Shown: one piece after another, positions 24,613-38,370 of the stretch
Numbering within the stretch: position 1 is the first letter of the stretch
Layout of the letters: every line of letters begins with the position of its first letter
Origin: Octopus vulgaris
Lineage: Eukaryota
NCBI GenBank assembly: GCA_951406725.2
Contig: OX597814.1
Location: 218,240,001 to 218,304,000, forward strand
Direction: 5' to 3'
DNA length: 64,000 nucleotides
Made by a program: the position numbers and the translations under genes
The notes under the pieces: generated by a model
What the model saw: only the letters and a program-made list of their open reading frames with translations
Database searches by the model: none
Told to the model about the DNA's origin: nothing

Positions 24613-25620
24613 TACATTGCATTTAGTTTGGTTTGGAAATTTGTTCTGTTCTCATTGTCATTTGGCAATATCAACCAGTTGAATGTCGTACAATTCTTGA
24701 ATTCCTGTGCTTGTCTACTAAATTTCAATCGGAAGTAGCAGGAAACAATTCTACGGTCAGGATTTAGCTCCACTGTTGAGTAGGCGCGACAGTTAGCAAA
24801 GGAGCCCATCCACTTTGCCGTCACAGATATCTGGTCCAGCTCCTTTTTATATTCATTGGGAAGTATCTGGCTCCAATTTCTGTTGTTCTTGTGCTTGAAA
24901 TAGGATTGCAAATTCTTCAGGTTACAGGATGAACAGAAGTTAGCATATCTGCTTCCATTATCGCGTGAAACCTCATGATATGTATGTTTTCTGACTGCTA
25001 GACCTTGTCTATCGTCGCGAATTTGTGCATTCATATCCCCAAGGAAAACTACTATGTTCATGCTTAGGGCAAATTTTGCACGTTTCTGTAAACTGGTCAT
25101 AGAATCGGTCTTTATCTTCCTCATCGGTAGTTTCTGTTGGCGTGTAACTTTATTTGTTACAAATATCTGCAGTCGCAAATTTCCTTGGATAGTTGTCTGA
25201 ATAATTCGACAGCATTATTTTTAACTGGTAAAGGCGCTGATGGACAAGAATTCCAACCCCACCATTAGTTCTTGCATCTGCATTTGAGTAACATAACACC
25301 CATGCCCTATCCTGGATGTACGTAGTATTTAAGTCTTCTGACCATTTCCATCTATGTTCCTGGAAGCCTATAATGGCAATTGACTGTTTCTCTGCTTTGC
25401 GCGTCAATTGATCAAATTCACCACACTTCAGTCGTGTTCGAATACTGTATGTAGAAAAGATAAACGTGGACAGTCTCTTTCTGAATACTTCCGTATTCAC
25501 AGGTCCAAAATGACTTTGGTGCGATAGCTTCATATCGACAAGTTCATGTTTATTCTGATACGACCTCCAATGTTTGATCCTACCTTGTTTTCGTTTCGCT
25601 GTCAGCAATACTGTAATAGT
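24612..25620 (-). mobile_element. RTE-type LINE, inverted 5' part (AP endonuclease)
   Basis: ORFs with IIGFQEHRW, GGVGIL, FLGDMNAQI and ELDQI...DRRIV motifs. Confidence 0.85.
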
Positions 25621-26822
25621 GGGTGGTTAGCCCTGCTCTCTGGATGATATTACCAAATGACAATGAGAAAAGAACAAATTTCCAAACTAAACTAAATGCT
25701 GCTCTTACTGAGAATCTCCGTAGCAATAATGACATGAACAACGATGAAATGAACAATATTTTAACATCAGCTATCACAAAAACCGCAAGGGAAACACGTG
25801 GCAAATGCAATCCTAACAGTAAAAACTCACCGTGGGTTTCAGAAGCCACATTAAAACAGATTGACAATCCCAATAATTTGAAGATGAAATACCTTAAACA
25901 GAATGATTCTCACCGAGACGTCATCAATACTGATCATTTAGTTTAAAGAGTCTGACAAGACAGAAAACGACACAGAGTAAGCATCTACAATAAAATTGAA
26001 TCCTTAGACATGACCCACCTACACAAAGTGGCTTGTAGAGCGGTGACGATGCTGAAGAAAGGAAACCGACAGCAAGTTATTCAACAAGTTTGTGAACAAA
26101 TACTTTGTAAAGTTGTTACCATGTAAGAGAACGAAAGCCGAAGAGTTATCATACTGCGACTTCGGTACCACAATGCACACGAAGTGTCCATCGAAAATTT
26201 CGAGATGTTTGATCTGCCTGTCGCACTCAGATCACAGAGCAGCAAGTGCAAACCTCTGTCTAGTAAACGAATCGCTCAAATATGGAGTAGAAGCGCCCCA
26301 AATTACATTCATTAGCATATGCAACAATTTTCTCTTGACAAGTGTGCTGCCTAGTTAGTGGAAGTCATCAATCATAGTACCACTACCAAAGAAAGATGAT
26401 CTGTGACAACTGTCCACCTATCGGGGAATAAGTCTCATGAATTATGGCGCAAAGCTCTTTATAGGCTTCTGTTAAATGGCAAACGTGCAAAAATAGACAA
26501 AGTGTCTACCTGAGTGGCTTTAGAAAGAACCGTAGTTGCCTTGAACAGATTCACCCGTTGAAGTGGTTAGTGGAGAGCTGCTTTGAGTAGTGTCTCTCAA
26601 TAGTTGCACACTTCATAGACTTTCGAAAAGGATTCGACTGCGTCAACAGAACCGCTATGTTTATGTTTCTTGAAAGGACAGGGATACCATCAAAGGTAAC
26701 ATCGGCAGTTAACTGTCTTTATGAACATCAAACAGCATATGTCCTTGTTAATGGGAAAATGGGAAACTCTCCTGGCTTCACACCCCAGAGTGGAATTCTG
26801 TAAGGTGATACCTTAGTACCTA

Positions 26823-27054
26823 GGCGGCGAGCTGGCAGAACCGTTAGCACGCCGGGCGAAATGTGTAGCCGTATTTCGTCTGCCGCTACGTTCTGAGTTC
26901 AAATTCCGCCGAGGTCGACTTTGCCTTTCATCCTTTCGGGGTCGATTAAATAAGTACCAGTTATGCACTGGGGTCGATGTAATTGACTTAATCCCTTTGT
27001 CTGTCCTTGTTTGTCCCCTCTATGTTTAGCCCCCTGTGGGCAATAAAGAAATAG
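26823..27054 (+). mobile_element. SINE family C monomer with 16-bp TSD
   Basis: GATACCTTAGTACCTA at 26807-26822 and 27055-27070. Confidence 0.93.
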
Positions 27055-27385
27055 ATACCTTAGTACCTAATCTATGGTTATGGATCACGTGATGAAAATT
27101 GCAGCCCATACAGAGGATGGAATTCGCATATCAGAGTCACATAAGTTGGCCTATCTCACATTTGCAGATGATATTGTTCTCTTTGCTCTGATCCTCATAG
27201 GAGCACAGGGTTACTTGGATTGTGTCATGCCAGAAGCAAAGACTGTGGGCCTAGAAATAAACGAATTGAAGACAAACTACCTCACCATTAATATTAACAC
27301 AGATAAAACAACAGGCGTCCTTAGAAAATGGAAAGCAGCCATCTGGGGTTGATAAATTTACTTACCTTGGGTCAACTGTAACTGA

Positions 27386-27445
<60 letters not shown>

Positions 27446-27565
27446 ACAACCCAAACAGTGGTGTCTTAGCTAGAAGGAGAGCGACATGTGGAACAATGTC
27501 GAAGCTTGAACACCAATGGTTGTCTGACATCAACCCAACAACGAAGATAAAGATGTACAAAACTC

Positions 27566-28003
27566 GGATCTTTTCGGTTTGAACGGCAGTTTTTAACATA
27601 ATTTCTAGGTAACTAAAAAATTTTAAACTTCGTATACTAGTAGAATGTGTTTATAAAACATCTTTTTCTCTTGGGTTTATTGAGAAAATTCTATAGTTTG
27701 TAAGATATTTGTTGTTTTTTTTTCTTCAATTTCTGCAATTTCAACCAATCACTGACGTCCATTGAGTTAAAAAGCATTCTGTGCCGTATGTATATGTCCC
27801 TCGTTTAAGAAACAGATTGGGTTTATTTACATTTGTGAAGAAAAAAGATACCTTTCTCCCACCCCTAACCCTAACCCTAACCCTAACTAACCCTAAGCCT
27901 AAAAGAGATTGAAATACAATAGATCGATTCTAGGGTCATAATTATGGGTGACAATTTCATATGACACCGCTAGAAAAAACTGCCGTTCAAACCGAAAAGA
28001 TCC
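27566..28003. mobile_element. MITE with GG..CC termini and 8-bp TSD (Merlin-like), containing (CCCTAA)n
   Basis: TIR GGATCTTTTCGGTTTGAACGGCAGTTTT; TSD CAAAACTC; telomeric repeats at ~27863-27900. Confidence 0.88.
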
Positions 28004-28393
28004 CAAAACTCTAATCTTCCAATTTTTACATATGGATGCGAGACATGGTTAATTAATAAATAGGAATCGGCAAAGGGCCACGTTGAACACTTTTCACACA
28101 AGAAACCTGGGGAAAATTTATCAATCAAATATCCTATAACGACCACGTTTCCAATGACACTCTGTACCAAATAGCTGACGATAAAGGACTGCCGGCTGAG
28201 ATGGATTGGTCACCAACTGCGACGCCCACTCGTGGAAAGCAGGTGAGGAAACGACCAAGAACAACTTATCACCGTATGATTCGTGCAGACTGCAAGATGA
28301 AATACTCAATGAAATACTTCTAGCGGCTGAAGGTGGAAATGAGTGGAAAGCCTGAATAAACTATATCTGCCTATGATTGACTATACACTTTTC

Positions 28394-28810
28394 GGTACTA
28401 GTATCATAGACTGGTCCCGGTTTGCGCACACGCGCGGGCGCGCGCGCCCGCGCTAGCCAGCCGTAGGTAGTCGATACTCGATCCTACGAGCTGACTGGCG
28501 CATGCGCGGTGTGCGATTCGCGCATGCGCGTTACAACCTCCCCCCTCCCCGCAATTTTCACTAAGGAAAAATTTTTTTTTTAAATTCGGATTTTATGTTT
28601 CTTATACCGGTTAAAAGGACACGATTAAAATATTCAACATACATGGTCGTTCAGTTAGCCCCCCCCCCGCAATTTTCACTAAGGGTTGTAACGCGCATGC
28701 GCGAATCGCGCACCGCGCATGCGCTAGTCAGCTCGTAGGATCGAGTATCGACTACCTACGTCTGGCTAGCGCGTGTGCGCAAACCGGGACCAGTCTACGA
28801 TACTAGTACC
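28394..28810. mobile_element. CpG-rich long-TIR MITE with GG..CC termini and 8-bp TSD (Merlin-like)
   Basis: TIR GGTACTAGTATC...; TSD CACTTTTC at 28386-28393 and 28811-28818. Confidence 0.9.
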
Positions 28811-29074
28811 CACTTTTCAGTCTATTATTCATATTTCTTTGTTGAATTTTGAATAATGAATATTAATTGATTGATTGTTAGATTTGGGGGTGGTTATACG
28901 TTTGCCAGTAACCACAGTTTGAGGGAGATGGTCCTGGTTGGCGCGCTCGGTGGTTGCCGCTTATTCACTGCGTGTCCCAAGTAAACACACTCTTTCGCTC
29001 ACTCGATTTCATCGCTTCCCACCTCTATCCGATCTTATACTACGTGTTTGGGCTGCGTATATTTTGTATATGGA

Positions 29075-29459
29075 ATGGAAGCACTCCGTCGGTTACGACG
29101 ATGAGGGTTCCAGTTGATCCAAATCAACGGAACAGCCTGCTCGTGAAATTAACGTGTAAGTGGCTGAGCACTCCACAGACACGTGCACCCTTAACGTAGT
29201 TCTCGGGGATATTCAGCATGACACAGAGAGTGACAAGGCCGGCCCTTTGAAGTACAGGTACAACAGAAACAGGAAGTAAGAGTGAGAGAAAGTTGTGGTG
29301 AAAGAGTACAGCAGGGATCACCACCATCCCCTGCCGGAGCCTCGTGGAGCTTTTAGGTGTTTTCGCTCAATAAACACTCACAGCGCCCGGTCTGGGAATC
29401 GAAACCGCGATCCTATGACCGCGAGTCCGCTGCCCTAACCACTGGGCCATTGCGCCTCC
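29075..29459 (-). mobile_element. SINE family A
   Basis: Reverse complement of 1908-2290; TATTTTGTATAT duplicated on the flanks. Confidence 0.9.
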
Positions 29460-29583
29460 TATTTTGTATATAGAGCGGACGATTAATTGGCAAAAAATGA
29501 CAATCTCCAAATATAATATCTGTTTCAACACGTGATTGCACATCTTGCAAAACATACATAAACGTAAATATCTATGTGTGTGC

Positions 29584-29630
<47 letters not shown>

Positions 29631-29914
29631 AAATTTCTGAACTGAACAAACAAGTCAAACTACTTAGTGGCGTTCCGTGACGAAAAACAGAATCGCACCG
29701 GTGAATACAATTTCCCATAGACATGCAAGTATCCGTGAGAAATTGAGAGAGTTTCACCTTTCTTTCTGTTTTCCTTCCTACCTTCCTTCTTTCCATTCTT
29801 TCTTTCTTTTTTCTCTCTTTCTTTCGTCTGTCTTTTTTCAAGATTCCTCCTCCTTTCATCACACAGTCTCCCATTTTCACGTCTCAAACATGACTCATTA
29901 TTCCATACTCATCT

Positions 29915-32900
29915 TTAAGTTAATTAAGTTAAGTTAATTAAGTCAATTTTTTGGCTCAAAAAGCAAAAAGCAAGGCCATGTAGTGGGACATGGAGTTATG
30001 TACAGGGTGGTGTTCATGTAAAGAGTTCAGGCCACTTGAGGTCAAGGGAGGCTTTGAACAAAGCGGTCGTCGGCATCTTCACCATCTCGTCTGGCAGCTT
30101 GTTCCACGGATCCGCAATCCGGACGGAGAAAGCCCCTCTCCTTCGATTGAGATGAAATCGTCGCAGGTAGAGCTTTTTGGAGTGGCCCCGCAGCCGACGC
30201 TCTGGATCAGGAGTGAAGAACAGCTCTTTCGAGAGGTTACACTTTCCGCTTATGATGTTGTGAGCGAGAATGAGATCACCACGGCGTTGTCGTTTTTCTA
30301 GAGAATAAAGGTCGAGCGTCTTCAGCCTTTCTTCATAAGACAAATGCTTGAGACCAAGAACCATGCGGGTAGCCAGCTTCTGGACTCTTTCGAGATGCTG
30401 TATGTCTTTGAGGAGATAAGGAGAAGAGGCTTGAATCCCGTACTCCAATATGGGTCTCACCAGCGTGACATAGAGCGGTAGGAATATGGCTGCTGTGAGC
30501 ATACCGAATGACCGTCGAATCAAAAACAGAACTCCGCGTGCTTTGTTGGCAGCACTGGGCCGAAGGCGAAAAGGAAGAATCCACCAAGATACCCAGGTCC
30601 TTTACCTGGTCGGTCCTCTCCAGCAGCAGACGACCCGGCTCGAAATCAAGTTGAGTTGCAGGAGAAGAGCCAACAGGCAGATGACAGCACTTTGACACGT
30701 TCAGACACAGGTCCCATTCGTTAGACCATCTCCAAACTTGGTGGAGGCATCGACCAAGATCATCTATATCATCGCGAGGAGCGACCAGTTTGACATCATC
30801 GGCAAATAGAAGGGTGTGTTGCGTGAGGTCGTCGGGCAAGTCATTTATGAAGCCTAAGAACAATAAGGGCCCAAGCGCTGAACCTTGAGGCTCGCACTGG
30901 AGACGTCGGACCGCGAACCATTAACTTAGACTTGGAAGGAGTGATCTGAGAGGAAGGCACCAACCCATCGTACAATATCAGGATGGAAACTATATGCTTG
31001 AAGCTTGACAAGTAATAGGCGGCGGTTTACCAAGTCAAAAGCTTTGGCAAAGTCCAATAAAACGATGTCAACAGCATCACCATCATCGAGGATACGCGTC
31101 ACCAATTCTTCCATTACCAGTAAGTTGGTCAAGCATGATCCCTTCGGCACGAAGCCGTGTTGGGAATCAGAGATAGAGGCTGTGTTTTGGAGGTGGAACA
31201 TCATACTTTTCTTAAGGATGGTTTCGAACATCTTGCTGATTATTGAAGTAAGGGAAACCGGTCGGTAGTTAAGTGGGTCTTCGCGGCTCCCTTTCTTGAA
31301 AATTGGGCAGATTATCGGTGTTCTCCAGTCTGCAGGTATAACACCCGTCGCCAATGACATATTGAATAGAAGTGTTAAAGGTTCGCAGATGACCGGAGCC
31401 AACGCTTTGATAACCTGTGGGTGTATGCCGTCAGGGCCGTGACCCTTGTTGACATCGAAGCCTTGAATAACGCGTTCGACTTCGTCCCGCGTGATGACCA
31501 ATCTAGGCATTGGAGGTACCGATCTATCAAATGAAGGGGGTTCACGACCATCATCTTGTTTGAAAATTGTTGAAAAAGCCTCGGCAAATAATTGACTCTG
31601 TTGATAAGGGTCCTCAATCGATACGCCTGTTGAGTCTACCAACGTTGCAATTTGGTTGTTCAAGCGGGAATTCCGTTGGACATGGACAAAGAAGGTTTTT
31701 GGATTGCGACTGGCGTTTGCCGCGATTTTGTATTCATATCTGAAGCGTTCTTCCTTTTCAATTTTCACGGCTTGGTCTCGTTGAGTTTTGTACACCTCAA
31801 AAGCTGCAGTCGAATCTAGATTTTTGAATTCAGCCCAAGCAATATCTCGAAGTTCTCGTTTAACCTTTTTCGTCACCCAGGGCTTGTGTTTCTTTCTTCT
31901 TGGGAAGCCCAACGAGAACTACTTGGTCAGTCAACCAGATTACATATGCTTTGAGGGATGACCATAGTTCGTCAACTGAGGACATCGTCATCAGGGATCG
32001 CCAGTCCAGAAGCGCGGAAGCCTCGGTTAGAATTTCAAGATTGATTGCAGAGAAGACTCTACGTGGCAGCGAAGTAGTCGTGGGCGTAGAAAAAGTTGTG
32101 TGCATGACGAACTTCAGGACCTCATGATCACTCTTGGCAAGAGGGGCGCACACAGATACGTCTGACACTGATCTTGGATAGCGGGAGAATACCAGATCCA
32201 GCATAGATGGCTGCTGCCCAGACCGATGCCTTGTCAGATATTCAACATGTTGCGATAGAAAACAATCTTCAGCCACGTCAAGAAGGGCCTGGCCGAACCG
32301 GGATGATGTTGTACAAATTGATGCGGGCCAGCCGATCGTGGGAGCGTTGAAGTCTCCTAATATCAAACAGTCATGAGAAGCTGAAACGAATCTTATCGCT
32401 TTGAGTAAATGAGCATCGTCCTGGGGGTCGGCAAGAGGCGACCTGTAGACAGCTAACACGGGCAGGCAAAACCCGGATAGTCTCAGCTTGCAATAGACGG
32501 CTTCGAATTTTGTTGTAGGTTGAGTATTAGTGGGTAGAATACAGCTGGACGGTTTGAGATCAGATTTAACATACACAGCAACACCTCCACCTCGCCTTTT
32601 TTCCTCTGTCACATCTGAAGAGGGCGTAGCCCTGTAGGTGGATTTCCGAGTCCTTTACTGCTAGAGTCAGCCAAGTCTCGGTGATAGCTATCACATCTGG
32701 GAAATCACGCATGGCCAGTGTAAATAATTCGCTGAACTTTGGAAATAAGGAGCACGAGTTGGTGTAGACGATGCTGAGCTGTGAAGTTTGAGGGGCGGGA
32801 ATTAGGGAACAAGCAGAATAAGGGGTATCAGAGAAAGCATCGTTGTCGGGGGTGTCTACTTTACTTCAATTCGCCCTCAATTCACTTTCCCTGTCAGCAC

Positions 32901-33855
32901 TACAGCATGCGACCAGAGGTAGGACTTGATTATTTGTCCATCTTGGATGCGTAAACCCTTCTCTCCCATCTGTTTTCTCATCTTCAGTTCTGATATTAGG
33001 TTTCTCCGGCGAATTATCTCTCTCAGTGAGTATTCCTCGCAAAAGCCCATATTGGGGTCCTCCCAGGCATGCTTCTGAGCTCTGTTCAGAAAGGTTGAAG
33101 CCTCCTGATCGGAAGAAAAGATTACTCGTATTGGGTGTGGTCTAGTGTCTGAGGTTGAGTTCGCTTGGAATCTTCCTAACCAAGCGACCTTATGGATACT
33201 GACATTTTCGTTGACAGAGAACAATTCTCCAACTAAAACGGAAACAAATTTTATGTCATCTTTTAGGCGGTTTATGCCTGTATCACAAGTGGATTCAGCC
33301 TTACCATAAATGATTGCTGATCTTGAGTGGGAAAAATGGTCTTTCTGTTCTCTACTGTGAACTGCAGCATTCGATTCTTCATCGGATAATTTAGAAAGGG
33401 TGGTTTCATAGCCATCAAACTTATGTCGGCCTTTGGGGTCGATCGTAATGGGTTTAGTGGTCATAACTTTCCCGCCTGGTTTGAAACAGAGATAACATTA
33501 TCTTTTAAAAAAATCCCTGTCCAAAGATTTCCACTAGGATAAAATTACTAGTTACTGTGAGATATTGCATTTTCCAGTCCCCACTAAAAAATTATTATTC
33601 TATAAGTATATCCAGTTGTCTTATTCCTCGAGGGAGTCATCCCGTGCATATTTTGTTTTTGGATTAACATGCAGTTTACCGTCATAAAAAAGTAGAAATA
33701 AATTGGCCAAAAGCAAAATCCTGAAGTCAAGTTAGTTCACCTTCAAATAACTGTCGGTCTGGAAGATTCTAGAATCCGCCGTTTGGCGGGAAAACTTACA
33801 TGTTTCCTGAAGTTACCGCCTCAACCATAAATCAGTCAATCAGGGCTGATTGGTC
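29915..33855 (-). mobile_element. Near full-length CR1-type LINE (ORF1 + frameshifted APE-RT ORF2)
   Basis: ORF1 32877-33464; APE (IAITETWL, GGGVAVYV, GDFNAP, SDH); RT (YRPVSLTS, LDFAKAFD, FADD); VRPILEYG; short tandem (TTAAC)-like 3' tail at ~29915-29945. The 5' boundary is approximate. Confidence 0.92.
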
Positions 33856-34114
33856 AAATCATATTCTCGTAGGCGTTAATGCCTTTTAGGGCGACTCTTC
33901 CTTTTACGAAAATATATTAGGTTGTGATTCTAGACTGAGGAATTCCGAGAACTATGAATCTAAAGCAGGTTCTCGCTATAATTTCAAGAATGTTAGTTAA
34001 CCTCTACGAAAGGAAAGCTGATCGTATGAGCTGTGATAATTATTGTAGTATCTTTTCGCCCGTAACTTTTCATGTGAGAGGAACGTTGTCCAAGATAAAA
34101 AAAAAAGTGAACAG

Positions 34115-34492
34115 GCGCAGGAGTGGCTGTGTGGTAAGAAGCTTGCTAACCAACCACATGGTTCCGGGTTCAGTCCCACTGCGTGGCATCTTGAGCAAGT
34201 GTCTTCTGCTATAGCCCCGGGCCGACCAATGCCTTGTGAGTGGATTTGGTAGACGGAAACTGAAAGAAGCCTGTCGTATATATGTATATATATATATATG
34301 TATGAGTGTGTGTGTTTGTCCCCCTAGCATTGCTTGACAACTGATGCTGATGTGTTTACGTCCCCGTCACTTAGCGGTTCGGCAAAAGAGACCGATAGAA
34401 TAAGTCCCGGGGTCGATTTGCTCGACTAAAGGCGGTGCTCCAGCATGGCCGCAGTCAAATGACTGAAACAAGTAAAAGAGTAAAAGAGTAAA
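34115..34492 (+). mobile_element. SINE family B
   Basis: Same head and tail as 3428-3830. Confidence 0.9.
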
Positions 34493-34519
34493 GATTAGGA
34501 GGAATGACAGGTGTTACTG

Positions 34520-35030
34520 CGCCACCCCCACTGAAGTCCCATCTGCAACGCACTCCAAGTACCCATCGTCTGTGATGATCTTGGCGATCGTGAACAACGA
34601 AGGCTATGTCATGCTGTCTCACATTTCCCTTCAAGATCTTAGGGTCAGTTCGGCAGCCTTCATTAGGACAATGGAGACGGTGATCAAGCCCTGGATAGAA
34701 AGAGTTGCTCGGAGGAAGCCGATGTATCCAGCAAAACCCTGCTCCCTCTTACACAGCCTGCATGACCCAGGAGTGGATAGCGAAAAATGTTCACTCTCCT
34801 GTTACACCTAACATTTGGCCTTCTAGCTCTCCCATTTAAAACCCTCTGGTCTACTACGTTTGGGCGTTGTGAAAGGGAGACCAAATTCATGCTCACAATA
34901 ATCACTGGTCACTGATGTCTCCTATTAGGGGATGTATTGCTAATATAACTAAAGATTGCCTTATGAACGCATTTAGTAATTTCAGAAGTTGTATCTGGTA
35001 GTTATCGATGTCGATTGGAGCTTTGTTGAA
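34520..35030 (+). mobile_element. Degenerate Tc1/mariner (maT-like) transposase fragment
   Basis: VMILAIVNNEG...IKPWI...WPSSSP-like motifs across frameshifts. Confidence 0.55.
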
Positions 35031-35205
35031 TAGACTTTTACTATGTATATGTAAGAAAATTTGGCCTCAGCTCACCTCACACACACGCACATTGACAAAT
35101 GACTATAACTAAATACATTTATCTTGTGTGTATCCACTTCATACACTCATACACATACACAATTTAGTGACGGCTATGTATGACTGATTATTACTAGCAT
35201 GAGAA

Positions 35206-35437
35206 GGCGGCGAGCTGGTAGAAACCTTAGCACGCCGGGTGAAATGCGTAGCCGTATTTTGTCTGCCGTTACGTTCTGAGTTCAAATTCCGCCGAGGTCG
35301 ACTTTACCTTTCATCCTTTCGGGGTCGATAAATAAAGTACCAGTTTCGCATTGGGGTCAATGTAATTGACTTAATCCCTTTGTCTGTCCTTGTTTGTCCC
35401 CTCTTTGTTTAGCCCCTTGTGGGCAATAAGGAAATAA
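35206..35437 (+). mobile_element. SINE family C monomer
   Basis: TSD ATTACTAGCATGAGAA on both sides. Confidence 0.9.
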
Positions 35438-35679
35438 TTACTAGCATGAGAATATCTGATACCTTTCATAGACGGCCGATGTCTTTATGTATTGGATGGT
35501 TCGCTGTCAGTAAATAAAAATTTTAGGACCGCGTGCATTGTTTTATACTGTGTTTTATATGCTGTTGAAACGACCATGCTGTCAAAACTGTCTCCTCTCT
35601 TCCGCACGAACACTGCACTTATAATCACTTCATTTCAACGTATCATTTTTAAGATGGTAGGATACACACACACACACAT

Positions 35680-35710
<31 letters not shown>

Positions 35711-35890
35711 GATCAATACAATAAGATATTGTAATTATATATTAATATATTAAGCTATATTAAATACATCATAATTTAGATGGCTCGTTAGCAGTTAAAA
35801 ACCAAAAAGGAATTAAAAAATAAGGGTGCAAAATAGCTCCGATGATTGCTAGAAATGATTTCCAGCAATGATTAACATATCATTATAATA

Positions 35891-36686
35891 TCTTCTCTCT
35901 ATATTATAATTCTGAATTGCGAAAAGTTTGTTTGTTTGTCTGGTTTTGGCATTGAGAACGGGTTAAAGGCCACTAGATCCCGTCGGATTCACTCCAAAAT
36001 TTACAGCGACATGTAAAATGAGGTGAGGATGCGAGTGGGCTAGGTTAGAAATCCCCATCTTAAAAGGTGTCGTTGCTAGGGCCAAAAACGCACTTTGAGA
36101 AGTCTACTCTCATTCTTTTATGTGTCTGTCTTTCTCCATCTCCCACTCTCTTTCCTCCCTTCCTTTCACTTTCTATCTATAACGTCGTTTCACAGCGTCT
36201 ACCTCCCTTCCCTTCACGTTCTCTTTATAACATCGTTTCACAGCGTCCTATATTCCCCCCTCCCCGCCGTCGACAGCGCTTTCACACACACACTCTCTCT
36301 CTACGTCTGTCTGCATTCATAGAGAGAATTATCATCGCCACAACCATCACCACACAATCATGAGAACAAATATTATGAATCAGATATTTATTGGGTTAAT
36401 TTATATATGTGTGTGTGTGTGTTCTATATATAAATATGTATATATAATGTATTTATACAAAGTGTATATATCTGTATTTATGTATATTAAACTTTTTAAA
36501 ACTTTTTGATAGTTATATATATTTTTAAAAAAATTATAAATATAAATTAATAATTTTAATTTTAAATTTAAATAATTTAAATTTTAAAATTTTATACTTT
36601 ATATATTTTGTATATTATATTTTTATTTTTATGTTTTGGTTTATGTTTTTCACTGTTTGATTTGCCTAATAGTGGTTTTATCTCTA

Positions 36687-36744
<58 letters not shown>

Positions 36745-37710
36745 ATACATTTGTATATATAATGCGTACACACACACATATATATATAATGCGTATATAT
36801 ATATATATATATATAATGTATGCATTATGTAGTCGGTTGTGCTGAAAATATGCACACCTATGTTAAAAGTGCTGGCGAGTTTGCATGGCAACTATTTTTT
36901 CTTCAAATGAAAGGCGTGACCTCTAGGACAAAATTCCTCATCTTATAAAATGTGGCCCGAGTAGACCCGAATGAAATCGGGTTATATTAACCAAAATGTG
37001 AAAAGAGGTCTAAATGGGGCTTGAAGGGGATTAAAATTTCCAGGAGCGGGTGTTTAGGAATTCTCTGTTAGATCAAGCTAAAAAAATTTGTGCCAGCCTT
37101 TAAATTGTCAATGTGTTGCTGTCCATGATGAAGAAGTTTTGAATGCTTGCCATGGTGAGTCTACTGTCGTGAGAAAGAATCACTTCAAAGCTTGGTGTTT
37201 AGGAATTTTCTTTTACATCAAGTTTAAATTTTTACGCCAGCCGTTAAACTGCCACTACGTTGCTGTCCGTCGTTAAGAAATGCCAGCCATGGTGACTCTA
37301 CTATCCTCAGATTTTATCCCTTCAAACTTTGGTTTCCAATATTTTTTAAATTTTTATTCAGCTCGTAAGTTCGTCTATCCCCGTTAAATGTTAGTGTTTT
37401 GCTGTCTTCCTTGAAGCAGACCTTTCCGTTGTCACTGCCTGATATTTATGATTGATCCTTCAAAATATTTTCTTTCTCAACTTACTCAAGATCTTTTGTT
37501 GTTTATAAATGGGAGAGAGATAGAGAAAGATAGAGAGTAAGAGAAAGCGAGGGAAAGTCCGAGAGAAAGGAAGAGTAAGAGAGTGGTAAAGTGAGAGAGA
37601 AAGGAGAGAGAAACAAAGAGGGAGAATATGGTGATAAAAAACAGAAACGAAGCAACAGAAAGTAACAACCACACTCTTACCCGCGCGTAGAGCGGGCCAC
37701 CTTTAGCTAG
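35891..37710 (+). mobile_element. Non-autonomous Helitron
   Basis: A|TC start followed by GTTT repeats; 3' hairpin CCCGC-gcgtaga-GCGGG (37680-37696) then CTAG|T. Confidence 0.75.
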
Positions 37711-38370
37711 TCTTATTGTATAGATAATATACACTTTAACCGTTTTGAATTTTAGCGCTTGCTTATCAACGGTCTCTTTTTCTCGTGAACTATTACGAGA
37801 CAGGCTATCTCTTTAACCCTGAGTAGTGGTAGAGGCTTCTGACGAGAAACAAGATCCTTCTGATCAAATTTTGAGATTACGTGATAAGGCTTTGTCCAAC
37901 TATTTCATCCTGTCAGTTTATCTCACAAGGGAAAGATCGTTTAGCTTCGTGTGCCCGAATCCCGTGTGCCCGAATCCCGTGTGCCCGAATCCCGTAAATA
38001 TCTTGAGGTTAGAGTTTTTAGTGGCTTTCTGAGTTAAATTTTGACTATGATTTCTACCAATCACCGGTGCTTGCAATGTTTCCCCAAAAAGGAGAATTAT
38101 AATTGTCACTAAATGTGACTAGGGTGTTAGGAAACACCTACATTGCTAGAAATAAGAGCTAAACCGCTCTAATGTTGTAGTTAATGCACATGGATGAACG
38201 CATATGCACTAACAATGACCATAACCGTCTGAAAAGTGCCGACCAAGAATTCTTTGATTGTAGGCCTCCAAAAAAGTATTAAATAACTGAAGGATTAAAA
38301 TTAATCAAAGGACACACTAGGTATGTCTACCTGCTGGAAATAACAGTCAAAACTCTTATTTAAATCGCCA

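Larger units (their letters stand above)
25641..28380 (+). mobile_element. RTE-type LINE, 3' part (degenerate RT), interrupted by a SINE and a MITE
   Basis: IVPLPKKDDL, YRGISL, FIDFRKGFD, LTFADDIVL, GLEIN..KT and YGCETW motifs. Confidence 0.85.

Noticed and set aside
37949-37995. 15-bp x3 repeat (CPNPV) as a coding motif
   Set aside because: Tiny tandem duplication with no splice or domain support.
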